Below, one piece after another: positions 20,542 to 31,059 of a stretch of DNA of 64,000 nucleotides. The notes below the pieces were generated by a model that was not told the DNA's origin, searched no databases, and worked only from the letters and a program-made list of their open reading frames with translations. How positions within the stretch are numbered: the first letter of the stretch is position 1; every line of letters starts with the position of its first letter. Made by a program: the position numbers and the translations under genes. Source of the DNA: Bryobacterales bacterium (GTDB lineage: Bacteria > Acidobacteriota > Terriglobia > Bryobacterales > UBA6623); NCBI GenBank assembly GCA_963422375.2, contig OY729428.2, positions 2,240,001 through 2,304,000 on the forward strand. The letters run 5' to 3'.

Positions 20542-22349
20542 GCGGCAACCGATTGAAGCTCGACCAAGCGGCTGTATAGCGGGCTGGACCGCAGGAGCGA
20601 CTCGTGGCTGCCTCGATCCAAGATCCTCCCGCCGTCGAGCACGAGGATCGAGTCGGCGGACCGAACCGTCGCGAGCCGGTGAGCACTGACGACGACCGTG
20701 CGTCCGTGGATCAAGTTCGAAAGCGCGCGCTGGACCAGCGTCTCGGCTTCGCTGTCCAGATGCGAGGTCGCTTCGTCGAGCAGCAGGATCGGCGCGTCCT
20801 TGAGGATTGCCCGGGCGATCGCGATGCGCTGGCGCTGCCCTCCGCTGAGGCGATGGCCCTGCTCTCCGAGACGCGTCTCGTAGCCCCTAGGCAAGTCCTC
20901 GATGAAGTCCGCGGCGTAGGCGGAGGCGGCAGCTGCGTAGACGCGCTCGGGATCGATGCCCGGCCGGCCGTAGGCGATGTTGTTGAAGACCGTGTCGTCG
21001 AAGAGCACCGTCTCCTGCGTCACGATCGCGACCTGGCGGCGCAGCGACTTGACGGTGAACTCGCGCAGGTCGCGGCCGTCGATCCGGATCGCTCCCTCCG
21101 TCGGGTCGAAGAATCGCGGCAGCAGGCTCATCAGGGTGGTCTTCCCCGCCCCGCTGAGGCCAACCAACGCGACCACCTCGCCGGCCCGCACCGTCATGCG
21201 GATGCCCTCGAGCGCACGCCTGCCGGCTGCGCCGGGATAGGCGAAGGTGACGCCGTCGAGCTCGATCAGGTGGCGGAACAGCGGCATCTCGACGGCGTCC
21301 ACGGCATCTCGGACGTCACGCGGCTGGTCCATGTACTGAAACGCCCTCTGCACCGCCCCGAGAGCCTGCTGGAAGATGTTGTAGATGCCGATCAGGCGCT
21401 TTACCGGCTGCAGGATCATCACGAGCGCCACGATGAAGCTCACGACCTGGCCCGCCGTCATCTGGCCAGCCAGAATCCGGCCCCGCACGTAGATCAACAG
21501 GAAGAGGATCATGCCGGCGCCGAGTGTCTCGATGATCGGCGAAACCAAGGCCTGCTGCTTCACCATGCGCATGCTTGCCCCGAACAGGAGGTCGGCGCGG
21601 GCGCGGAAGCGCCGGATCTCGAACGACTCCATGGAGAAGGCCTTGACGATTCGATGCCCGGAGATGGTCTCCTGCATGATCTTGACCAGCTGCGCCAAGT
21701 AGCCCTGCGCTCGCGTGGAGGTCCTGCGGAGCTTCGGCCCGATCCGCGACACCGGCAGCAGCACGAGCGGCAGAACGACAAGGCAGGCAGCGGTCAGGAG
21801 CGGGTCGTGCTGCATGAGGACGAGCAGCAATGCCGCGACCGTGAACAGCTGCCGCATCATGTCCGCCAGAAAGTGCGAGCAGGCGGACTGAATCTTCTCG
21901 ATGTCGCTCACGAGCGACGAGATCAGCTCGCCAGTGTGCTTGGCCTGGAAGAAGGCGGGCGACTGGTTCAGTACGATGCCGAACATTTCGTTGCGTATGT
22001 CGCGCACGGCCGCGAAGCCGGCGAAATTGACAAGGAAACTCCCGGTGAAGTCGGCGAGGCCCTTGAGCATCGAAACGGCAAGGAAGACGGCGCAGAAGAG
22101 TCCGAACGCCTCGCCCGCGGAAGCCGGCAGGAAGTCGTCGAGGTACACGGCGAAGTCCGTGAACGGCACCTTGACCAGTTCGATCGGCTCGGCGCTGGGC
22201 GATGGATTGAGAAAGCGGTCGAGAAGGGGCTCGAGCAGCAGCGCGAAGACCCCGTAGCTGGCCCCGACTACCGCCATGAGGACGACCGCCGTCGCGATGC
22301 GGACCCAGTGCGGGCGGATATATCCGAGCAGCCTCGCTAGGTCGCTCAC
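20538..22349 (-). CDS. MsbA-like ABC exporter (fused TMD-NBD)
   Basis: TM domain plus GLSGAGKTT, LSGGQRQR, LLLDEATS. Confidence 0.9.
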   Translation of the reverse strand: MSDLARLLGYIRPHWVRIATAVVLMAVVGASYGVFALLLEPLLDRFLNPSPSAEPIELVKVPFTDFAVYLDDFLPASAGEAFGLFCAVFLAVSMLKGLADFTGSFLVNFAGFAAVRDIRNEMFGIVLNQSPAFFQAKHTGELISSLVSDIEKIQSACSHFLADMMRQLFTVAALLLVLMQHDPLLTAACLVVLPLVLLPVSRIGPKLRRTSTRAQGYLAQLVKIMQETISGHRIVKAFSMESFEIRRFRARADLLFGASMRMVKQQALVSPIIETLGAGMILFLLIYVRGRILAGQMTAGQVVSFIVALVMILQPVKRLIGIYNIFQQALGAVQRAFQYMDQPRDVRDAVDAVEMPLFRHLIELDGVTFAYPGAAGRRALEGIRMTVRAGEVVALVGLSGAGKTTLMSLLPRFFDPTEGAIRIDGRDLREFTVKSLRRQVAIVTQETVLFDDTVFNNIAYGRPGIDPERVYAAAASAYAADFIEDLPRGYETRLGEQGHRLSGGQRQRIAIARAILKDAPILLLDEATSHLDSEAETLVQRALSNLIHGRTVVVSAHRLATVRSADSILVLDGGRILDRGSHESLLRSSPLYSRLVELQSVAA

Positions 22350-22576
22350 CGGATCACCATGGCGCAGGGCCCTCTACCGCAAGGCACGGGCGGGACCGAG
22401 GCAAGGCGGCAATTCGGTCCCGCAGGAGGATCGCAGTGTTCATCTGAAAGGTGAATCTTTCTCTCGCATACGATTGAATTCATGGAGCTTGAGTGTAGAA
22501 TCTACCCAAGGGTCCCATCTTGCGGAGAGAGCCGCGGCACGCTCGAGGCCCGGCGTCGCTCCCGGCAGCCCGCAGG

Positions 22577-23359
22577 CTAGGGCCCGGGTTCGACGGCCCG
22601 AGCCGCGGCCACATCGGCGGCCAAAGCGGCGCCGTAGACAGAGATATCGGTGCTGTAGGAGACCATGTCGTAGCCGATTTCCATCCACTCCCGAGCTTGC
22701 GCGAGGCTGCCGGGCTGGATCCCGGCCAAGAGGCCGCGCTCCTTGGCCGCGACTGAAACGTCCCGCAACGCCGACAGGAAGCGCGGGTGATGGAACTCGC
22801 CCACTATGCCCATCGAATGGGTCAGGTCCATGTGCCCGACCCAGAGGCAGTCCACGCCCGGCACGGCGGCGATCTCGCGGAGGTTGCGGAGCGCCGTCTC
22901 GCTCTCGATCTGGCAGAGCAGGAGGTTGCTTCGGTTCGCTTCGGCCATGTAGGCCAGGGAGTCCGGCCGGACGAAGTCGTTGTGCGCCGATCCGAGGCCG
23001 AGCCCTCGATTGCCGGCCGGGGCGTAGCGCATCGACTCGTTCAGGTGGCGCGCTTGGTCGGCCGTGCGGACGTTCGGGGCCATGATGCCGTGCGCGCCGG
23101 CATCCATCACCCGCGCCACGAAATGGTACTCGGACGCGGGGATCCGCACGACGGGGCTCGCTCCGGTGGCCTTGAAGCGGGCGATCATTCCCGCGACCTG
23201 GGAAATGCCGTGCGGTCCGTGCTCCATGTCGATGAGGACGAAGTCGAGGTTGGCCAGCGCGCACAGCTTGGCGATCCCCGGGGTGTCGAATTCCATGAGC
23301 ATGTGGCCGAACGCCACGCGCCCTTCGGCTGCCGCTTGGCGGACCCGATTCGGTTTCAT
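22577..23359 (-). CDS. HpcH/HpaI aldolase family protein
   Basis: DFVLIDMEH, VVRIP, QIES, GVDCLWVGHMDL; ATGA-coupled to the upstream dehydrogenase. Confidence 0.9.
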   Translation of the reverse strand: MKPNRVRQAAAEGRVAFGHMLMEFDTPGIAKLCALANLDFVLIDMEHGPHGISQVAGMIARFKATGASPVVRIPASEYHFVARVMDAGAHGIMAPNVRTADQARHLNESMRYAPAGNRGLGLGSAHNDFVRPDSLAYMAEANRSNLLLCQIESETALRNLREIAAVPGVDCLWVGHMDLTHSMGIVGEFHHPRFLSALRDVSVAAKERGLLAGIQPGSLAQAREWMEIGYDMVSYSTDISVYGAALAADVAAARAVEPGP

Positions 23360-24396
23360 CTTGATCTCCGCTTCGCGAGCTTCGCCCGCACTCCGGCCCG
23401 CGTCGCGGCCTCCGGGTTCGCGAGGCAGGGAGGCACCTCGCCGCCGGCGACCAGCAGCAGGTTGCGACAGGCCTCGCGGCTGTTGCCGGCCAAGCACTCC
23501 TGTGTCCAAGCCATTCCGTGGGGCGACACGATGACTTCATCCATCGCAAGCAGGGGGTTGTCCAGAGAGGGCGGCTCGACCTCGAAGACGTCGATTCCCG
23601 CTCCGGCGATCCGCCCCTCGCGCAGCGCCTCGATTAGGGCGCACTCCTGGACGATCGGCCCGCGAGCGGTGTTGATGAAGTACGCGGTCGGCTTCATCAG
23701 CGCGAACTGGGCCGCTCCGATCATGCCCCGGGTCTCGGCACTGAGAAGCGCGTTCACCGTGACGAAGTCGCCCTCCGCCATGACCGAGCGGAGGTCCGTC
23801 AGCTCGACCCCCAAGCGGTCGGCGCGGGCGGGCGGGCACAGCGGGTCGTACGCAAGCAGCCGCCCGCAGCCCACGCCCCTGGCGATCCTGAACATCTCGC
23901 TGGCGATGCGGCCGCACCCGATGGAAGACACCGTCTTGCCGACGACGTCGGTGCCGGCAATCGGCATGCCGTCGCGCCACTTCCCCGCTCTGGTGCGCCG
24001 GTCGAGATGCGGCAGCCTCTTCGCCAAGGCGAACATGAGGGCGATCTCCGCCTCGGCGACAGAGCGCTTGACCGCTTCGGGGGTCAGGGCCACCAACACA
24101 TCGGCCGCGGTGGCCGCTTCGATGTCGATGGCATCGTAGCCGACTCCCCACCGCGCGATGCACGAGAGCCGCTCGACGCCCTCGAAGCTCGCTGCGTCGA
24201 AGCGGGCGCCGAGAATGAGCAATCCTTCGTAGCGGTCGACAACTTCCGGGCGCAAGCCCCCGTCGAAGGGATCTTCGATCATCTCCCACTCGATATCGCC
24301 CCGCGCATCGAAGTGCTCTCGCACGAACCCGCCAACCAGAGAGTCGAACGAGCTGCCCCATCCAGGATCGATCCCGATCTTGAAATGCCGCCGCAT
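23356..24396 (-). CDS. D-isomer-specific 2-hydroxyacid dehydrogenase
   Basis: GVGYDAID, GCGRIA, INTARG, GIDVFEVEP, SPH. Confidence 0.9.
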   Translation of the reverse strand: MRRHFKIGIDPGWGSSFDSLVGGFVREHFDARGDIEWEMIEDPFDGGLRPEVVDRYEGLLILGARFDAASFEGVERLSCIARWGVGYDAIDIEAATAADVLVALTPEAVKRSVAEAEIALMFALAKRLPHLDRRTRAGKWRDGMPIAGTDVVGKTVSSIGCGRIASEMFRIARGVGCGRLLAYDPLCPPARADRLGVELTDLRSVMAEGDFVTVNALLSAETRGMIGAAQFALMKPTAYFINTARGPIVQECALIEALREGRIAGAGIDVFEVEPPSLDNPLLAMDEVIVSPHGMAWTQECLAGNSREACRNLLLVAGGEVPPCLANPEAATRAGVRAKLAKRRSR

Positions 24397-24469
24397 ACGG
24401 TATTCGGACAATTGTACGCACGCCTGTTGACCGCTCTTGAAGGGCCGGGGCCGTGGTATGGTGTCGGCC

Positions 24470-25360
24470 ATGCGGGGACTTCCGGGGCGCGTGATTCTGC
24501 TCTGCACCGCGGCCTCGATGTCGCTCTCGGCGCAGGTCGACGGATTCGGCAAGCAGGAACTGATCAAGTACACCCGCGCCAATCCCTTCGAACGCTTCGA
24601 CGACGGACGGCCCAAGGTGCCCCAGTCCCTGATCGAGCCGCTGCGGAGCGCGAGTTCGGAAATGCTGTGGGGTCCCCTGCGCAGGGCGGGCTTCGAGCAC
24701 CAGTGGTCGGGCGGCTGGCAGATCATTCATCCGGAGAAGAAGCTCCTCGGCCGGGCGGTGACGGCCGTCTTCATGCCGGTGCGCCCCGACGTGGACGAGA
24801 TCATCGAGGAAGACGCCGCCGCCCGGAAGCTCGGGGGGAACGACAACCAGCGTGTCATCGACTCGCTGCAGCCAGGGGACGTGCTGGTCGTGGACCTGTT
24901 CGGAAAGATTGACGGCGGCGCCTTCGCCGGCGACAACCTAGCGACAGCGATTCACGCGGCGACCGGCCAGGGATTCGTGATCGACGGCGCCGTGCGCGAC
25001 CTCGACGGCATCCACCCGATGGAAATCCCAGTCTACGTCAGAGGCATTCATGTCTCGCCCATCCGCGACGTGATGCTCGTGGGCATCAACGTACCGGTTC
25101 GGATAGGGTCGACCACCGTCCTGCCCGGCGACGTGGTTGTCGGCGACCGGGAAGGGCTGACCTTCCTCCCGCCTCACCTGGTCGAGAGCGCCGTGAACCA
25201 AGCGAAGATCACCGAATTGCACGACATCTGGACCAAGGGCAAGCTAGCGACCGGAAAGTACCGCGCCAGCGAGCTCTACCCATCCCCCACGGACGAAGCG
25301 CTGAAGAGGGAATACGCCGACTGGCTGGAAGGCCGGAAGCGCGAGCTCGGGCTTGAGTAG
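24470..25360 (+). CDS. RraA/HMG-aldolase family protein with signal peptide
   Basis: GRAVTA, GDVLVVD, GDNLA, DGAVRD, PGDVVVGD. Confidence 0.85.
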   Translation: MRGLPGRVILLCTAASMSLSAQVDGFGKQELIKYTRANPFERFDDGRPKVPQSLIEPLRSASSEMLWGPLRRAGFEHQWSGGWQIIHPEKKLLGRAVTAVFMPVRPDVDEIIEEDAAARKLGGNDNQRVIDSLQPGDVLVVDLFGKIDGGAFAGDNLATAIHAATGQGFVIDGAVRDLDGIHPMEIPVYVRGIHVSPIRDVMLVGINVPVRIGSTTVLPGDVVVGDREGLTFLPPHLVESAVNQAKITELHDIWTKGKLATGKYRASELYPSPTDEALKREYADWLEGRKRELGLE

Positions 25361-25484
25361 CCCTGCCGTCGAGCCGCCCGCCGGCGCCGAACCCTCATCC
25401 CGGTCGGGGATGCCGCCTTCCAGTGCTGCCAATGCCCTAGAATCTTGTTTCCCGCCCGCACAGGAGGTGAAGGCGGACCGTCGC

Positions 25485-27347
25485 ATGACCCACGCTGCAC
25501 CCGTCCGGGAATTCACTCTCCAAGCGCTCGTCATCGGCCTACTGATCGGCACCGTGCTGACCGCGGCCAACACCTACCTCGGCCTGTACGCAGGGATGAC
25601 GGTGTCGGGTAGCATCCCTGCCGCGATCGTCTCGATGGGCATCCTTCGCGGCCTGCTGAAGCGCGGCACGATTCACGAGAACAACATTGTCCAGACGATC
25701 GCCTCTTCGGGCGAGGCCGTGGCCGCGGGGATCATCTTCACCGTACCGGCCATGATCATCGCCGGCGTGTGGACGGAATTCCCGTTCTGGCAGGTCTCGC
25801 TGATCGGCCTGCTGGGAGGCTCGCTCGGCATCCTGTTCATGATCCCGCTGCGCCGGGTTCTGATCGTCGAGGACAAGGATCTGGTCTATCCCGAGGGCGT
25901 GGCCTGCGCGCAGGTTCTCGAGGCCGGCGACAGCGGCGGGAGTCCGATGCGCAAGATTCTCGGGGCGGTCGGGAGCGGCATCGCCTTCAAGTCGCTCATT
26001 GGCCTCGTCGCGGTCTTCCGCGGCACAGCCGAGCATGCGTGGCGCGTGGCAGGCACGGTGCTCTACCTCGGGACGGACGTGTCCGTCGCGCTGCTGAGCG
26101 TCGGGGTGATCGTGGGCGTAGAGATCGGGGTCGCGGCGCTCACCGGCAGCGTGATCGCGTGGCTAATCGCGATCCCCCTCTATATCCAGCAGAATCCCAT
26201 GCCGGGCACCGCGCCGATGGATGCGGCATGGGAGGTATGGAGCAGCCAGATCCGGTACATGGGCGTGGGAGCGATGATCGTCGGGGGGCTGTCCTCGATG
26301 TGGGCGATCCGCCGCGGGATCGCGAAGGCCATGCGACAGCTCGCCGGGGGATTCGGCCGGGCTCGGCAAGCCGTCGCCCGCACGGATACCGACCTGCCCA
26401 ACAAGGCGGTGGCGGCGGTCTTCCTAGCCGCAGCGGCCGGTACGTTCGCGCTCTACGAGACCGTGACCGGATCGCTCGGGATCGCGATCACGGCGGGGAT
26501 CGTCATGCTGTTCGCCGCGCTGTTCTTCGTCGCGGTCTCCAGCTACATCTGCGGGCTGGTCGGGTCGTCCAACAACCCGATCTCCGGGATGACGATCTGC
26601 GCGCTGATGTTCTCCTCGATCATCCTGCTGCTGCTCGGGATGTCGGGAACCGCCGGTATTCTGGGAGCGCTGGGCGTGGCGAGCATCGTGTGCTGCGCCG
26701 CTGCCACGGGCGGCGACACGTCGCAGGACCTGAAGACCGGGCACCTCGTGGGCGCGACGCCTTGGAAGCAGCAGGCCGCCCAGTTCGCCGGCATCGTGCT
26801 GCCGATCCTCTCCATCGCCCCGGTGCTGGCCCTGCTGCACAACGCCTACGGCATCGGGACGGACGCTCCCGGCGCGCTGCGCGCGCCGCAGGCCACGCTG
26901 TTCGCGTCGATCGCCGAAGCGCTGTTCGGCGATTCCGATCTCCCGTGGACCATGGTGTGGATCGGCGTCGGGATCGCGATCGGCCTGCTGATCCTCGACA
27001 GTTTCCTGAAGCGTGCCGGCAGCAGGTTCCGGGCTCACGTGATGCCGGTGGCTGTAGGGATCTATCTTCCGATCGCACTGATGGTGCCGATCTTCCTCGG
27101 GGGATTGATCGCCCAGAGCCTCAGGAGCCGGTCCGCCGCGGCAGCCCAGAACGGGGTGCTGATCGCCTCCGGGCTGATCGCCGGGGAGGCCTTGGCAGGA
27201 ATCCTGATCGCGGTTCCCGAGACCCTCGCGATCGGCGCACGGATTCCGATTCCAGTAGCGGACAGCCTCCTGCTGTCGCTGGGCGGAGTCGCCGCGGCGA
27301 TGGCCCTGATTCGCTATTTCGCCGCCCGCGACACCGGAGCGGCCTGA
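25485..27347 (+). CDS. OPT family oligopeptide transporter
   Basis: NTYLGLYAGMTVSGSIPAA, ENNIVQT, YPEG, QDLKTG; AGGAGG upstream. Confidence 0.9.
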   Translation: MTHAAPVREFTLQALVIGLLIGTVLTAANTYLGLYAGMTVSGSIPAAIVSMGILRGLLKRGTIHENNIVQTIASSGEAVAAGIIFTVPAMIIAGVWTEFPFWQVSLIGLLGGSLGILFMIPLRRVLIVEDKDLVYPEGVACAQVLEAGDSGGSPMRKILGAVGSGIAFKSLIGLVAVFRGTAEHAWRVAGTVLYLGTDVSVALLSVGVIVGVEIGVAALTGSVIAWLIAIPLYIQQNPMPGTAPMDAAWEVWSSQIRYMGVGAMIVGGLSSMWAIRRGIAKAMRQLAGGFGRARQAVARTDTDLPNKAVAAVFLAAAAGTFALYETVTGSLGIAITAGIVMLFAALFFVAVSSYICGLVGSSNNPISGMTICALMFSSIILLLLGMSGTAGILGALGVASIVCCAAATGGDTSQDLKTGHLVGATPWKQQAAQFAGIVLPILSIAPVLALLHNAYGIGTDAPGALRAPQATLFASIAEALFGDSDLPWTMVWIGVGIAIGLLILDSFLKRAGSRFRAHVMPVAVGIYLPIALMVPIFLGGLIAQSLRSRSAAAAQNGVLIASGLIAGEALAGILIAVPETLAIGARIPIPVADSLLLSLGGVAAAMALIRYFAARDTGAA

Positions 27348-27432
27348 TCCGCTCCCTACGGGCACGCGTCGTGACGGAGACCTTCGCGACAGCGCAGAGG
27401 GCAATCAACGCTCACGGCGCACCCGGGATCCG

Positions 27433-27486
27433 AGTTTTCCACGAAACCCGTGGAAAACTTGCCGGAAGCCTTGAAATTCCAAGGCG
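27433..27486. repeat. Two adjacent inverted repeats (possible terminator or protein-binding site)
   Basis: AGTTTTCCACG-N5-CGTGGAAAACT, then GCCTTG...CAAGGC, downstream of the OPT gene. Confidence 0.45.
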
Positions 27487-28780
27487 TTCGCGCCCCGGGC
27501 ACCCTAGCCCGCAGTCGTAGGCAGCGTCGCGGTCTTGAAGGCGATGTTCCCGAGCCGAGAAGTCTTTCTCTTCGGGGCGCCCCTGTTCGGACGGGCTGTG
27601 CGGACTGCCACGCGCCGGGGACAGCGGAGCCGGCAACGGGTCGGCCTGTATGGGGGGATTCAGTGCGCTGCCCATTATGCGCCTCCAATGTCGCCGTCCG
27701 ATTCGATGACGATCACTTGTCCGGGATAGAATCTGATCGGCTTGGTCTCGCTCGGGCCCAACGGTCCCGGACCGGATGGCAGCTGTAGCTGTCGAACGAG
27801 ATCCGGGAATAGACCGCCCATCACGCAGGCACGCATCCACCCGCGGCAGGTTGGACCGCGGAAGCATGCGTCGAACGCTCTGGACACGCAACGCCGGAAC
27901 TCCACCTGGTTGCCCAGCACCTCCCTGCAGGGAAGGGGGCCATACCCAGCGATTCTCAATTTGGGCATTTGGGGATTTCCAGAGTGTCTGAGAAAGGTGT
28001 CGAAGGCAGTCTGGCACTTGACTTTTCCTAGCGGAATTTGTGAGCTAAGGTGAATGCCTCATGTCCTGGACTCGCTGCTGAGCGCCTTCCGCGAGACGGC
28101 CGCCGGCCGGCCCGACCGGCGCGACGGTCGCAGCAACAAGCGCTACGAGGTCAGCGACGCCGCCGGTTGCGCCCTGGCCTGCTTCTTCACCCAGTGCGAG
28201 TCGTATGGAGCGGGACGGCTCCCGCTGCAACTGCCGGACCCTGTTCGGCGCGGGCCGCATCCCCTGCGACAACCGGATCCGCAACTTGCTCGACGACCTC
28301 GACCCGGCCGCGTTCGACCCGCCGTTCCGGCCGTGCCTCGCAACCGTGGCCGCGCGGGGCGCGCTCGAGCCCTTCCAGCGCCTCGACGAGCGCCTGCCGG
28401 CGGCTCCGGACGGCGTCCGGTTCCACCGCTCCGACAGGGTGCATTGCCCGCAGTGCTCGGTGCGGCGCGCCGGCAGCGAGCGCCGGCCGCATCACTTCCA
28501 CGCCATGGTCGCGGCCACCGCGGTGGCCGACGGCCACGCCACCGTCCTGCCGCTGATGCCCGAGTTCGCGTGCCCGCAGCAGGACGCGGCCGCGACCCGC
28601 GCCGACATGAGCGAGAACGAGCGCAAGCGGGACTGCGAGCGCAACGCTGCCAAGCGCTGGCTCGCCGCTCAGGGCGCCTGGCTGCAGGCCTGCCGCCCCG
28701 TCCTGCCGGGCGACGACCGGTACTGCTGCCAGCCGCTCTGCGCGGCCGCCGCGGCCGCCGGCACGGACTTCATCTTGGAA

Positions 28781-29813
28781 CCTGATTACCCACAAGACTC
28801 AGCCAAGGCTAGGAGGCGGTAAGGCATGGGCGGGGTGCGCACGGAGGCGTGGAGCAGGCGGGGGACCAGCGCCTGCAGATTGTAGCGGCGGTTGAAGCGG
28901 TAGCGGAACTCGGCGAGGTACCGCGGCAGGTGCTTGCCGTCGAGCGCATGGCAGGTTCCCGCCAGGGACTGCTTGACGTTCGCCAGCATCGTGCTGACCC
29001 GGACGAAGCGGGAATCCGCGCAGCTCCGCTTCCCGCCTCCGGTGACGGTCGGCACGTGCTCGCAGCCGGCGCCGGCCACGCCCCGCAAGCAGGCCGGGCC
29101 GTCGGAATGCACCTTCGTGCCGGGCTGCAAGTGCCGCCCGGCCCACGCTGCCAGCGTCTTCTGGCGGAAGCCCGCCACGCCGCTCATGCGCATCCTTGCC
29201 GGCTGGCCGGCGGCGGTGACCTGCACGGCGGCCACGAACGGCGTCTTGCCCGCCGCGCCGCGACCGCGCTTGCCGCCGCTCCGCTCCCCGCCCCAGCAGG
29301 CGTCGTCCACTTGCACGATGCCGTGCAGCGGCACGCGCTCGTCGCGATCCTTCATCCCTTGCAAGAGCTTGTGCTTCATCTTCCAGGCCGTGTTCCGGCT
29401 GACGCCCGGCTGACGCGCCAGTTCCAGCGACGAAACGCCGTGCTTGCCCTGCGTCAGCAGGTGGAGCGCCAGGAACCGGACGGTCAGCGGCAGCTGGGTG
29501 GCGGCGAAGATCGTGCCGGCGACGAGGGAGGTCCGGCGGTGGCAGGCATGGCACTGCCAGAGCTTGCGGGAGCGGATGCGGCAGTGCCGTCGGGAGCCGC
29601 ACTCCGGGCAGCGCAAGCCGTCCGGCCAGCGGGCGTTGAAGACGGCCTGCTCGCATGGCCCCTCGCTGCCGTAGCGCTGCAGGAACTTGCCCGGGCTGAG
29701 TCCCTTCTGGAATTGCACGCGATTGCGTTTCAGCTGCTATCCCCTTTCCTATCAGAGATTTCCGACCTCTTTCAATATAGCATATCCTCGGCTGACGTTC
29801 GTTGGTAATCAGG
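28781..29813 (-). mobile_element. IS1595-family element with CCTGATT ends; transposase 28786-29733 (eroded)
   Basis: Imperfect 28-bp IR beginning CCTGATTACC; Zn ribbon CPEC..CHAC, VDDA, SDG, YLAEF.YRFNRR; 8-bp flanks TCTTGGAA / TCCGGGTA sit at the TSD position but are degenerate. Confidence 0.92.
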
Positions 29814-31059
29814 TCCGGGTATGCAAGCCCGGATCCCGCAAGCACTTGTACGAGGTGCCGGAGAGCCGGCGGGCGAGCGGCGCGGTGCGCTCGACCGGCT
29901 GGCTGCCGCGACGCCCTGCAGGGCACTTGGCTCGAGTACGCCGTGGAGCGCGACGGCAAGCGCACCTGCGCCAGCAGCTTCTTCACCAGTCTCGCGGTCA
30001 GCGCGGACAACGCGGAGCGGATCGCGCGCGCCGGCCGGGCGCCCTGGAAGATCGAGAACGAGGGCTTCCACTGCCTGGCGCGGCACGGCCGCAACTGCAA
30101 GCGCAACTTCGGGCACGGCAAGGAAGGGCCGGCCAACGTGCCGGCCGTGCCGAACCCGTTCGCCTTCGCGCTCCGCGCCGTGGTGCAGTGCGTCTGCGCG
30201 CTGCGGCAGCAGTGCCGGCGCCAGCCGGTCACGCGCCGCGCCCTGTTCCAGGAGCTGTTCCAGGAGCTGCAGGTCGCGCTGCGCTGGTTCCGCTTCCCGG
30301 ACCGGCCGACGCTGCTGGCGGCGGTGCGCGACGGACGCGCGCCTCCGGGCTGCCAGGCGGCCGGGCGGCCGGGGCCTGGACTCGGCGCAGTTTCGTGCCG
30401 GCAGCGTCCGGCCAGCGGCCGACCGTCGCAGCCGGCTACCGCCGGGGTGCGTCCGGCCGCGGGCTCGGCACTCGGCGGACCCGCGACGCGGGCCGCGCCA
30501 CGGCCCTGCCCGCCGTCCGACGCTCCCGCACGGCGGCCTCGGGAGCGCAACCTCTCGGCCAACTTATTCACCTCATCCTCCGAAACAACGTTCACGCACC
30601 CCCTTGACGGCCAAATTTAGGGGAATTATATATCTGAGTGCCGACAACGCCATGGTCCGACTAGAACTGCTGTGAGCAGGGAGGTGGGTGTCGAGCTGGG
30701 GTCATGCGAGTGCGGCCGCGGCGGGCACAGAGGGGTGGGGTGTGGGATCGTATCTGAATCGAGCCTGCCAGCGGATTGGACGAGGAAGGGACTAGAGAGG
30801 CCGCCTCGCCTGCCCCGGTTGCCCCGGTGGAACCCGGTTGGCGGTGGCAGGGCACGCCTTGCAAGCCGCTTGCAGGCCCTGCGAGGGCCGAAGACAGCGG
30901 ATCCCCGGCGCTCGACGGCCTGCATGGACGGTCCGGACCGGACCGGGGTCGCGCCGGGGCATGCCGGATCCGGTGCGACCCTCGTACCGAGCGTGCAGCG
31001 CACCGAGCGTGAAGCGCGCGCCCGCAGCGGGCTGCCGCGCTCGGCGCGGCGGGCGCCGC

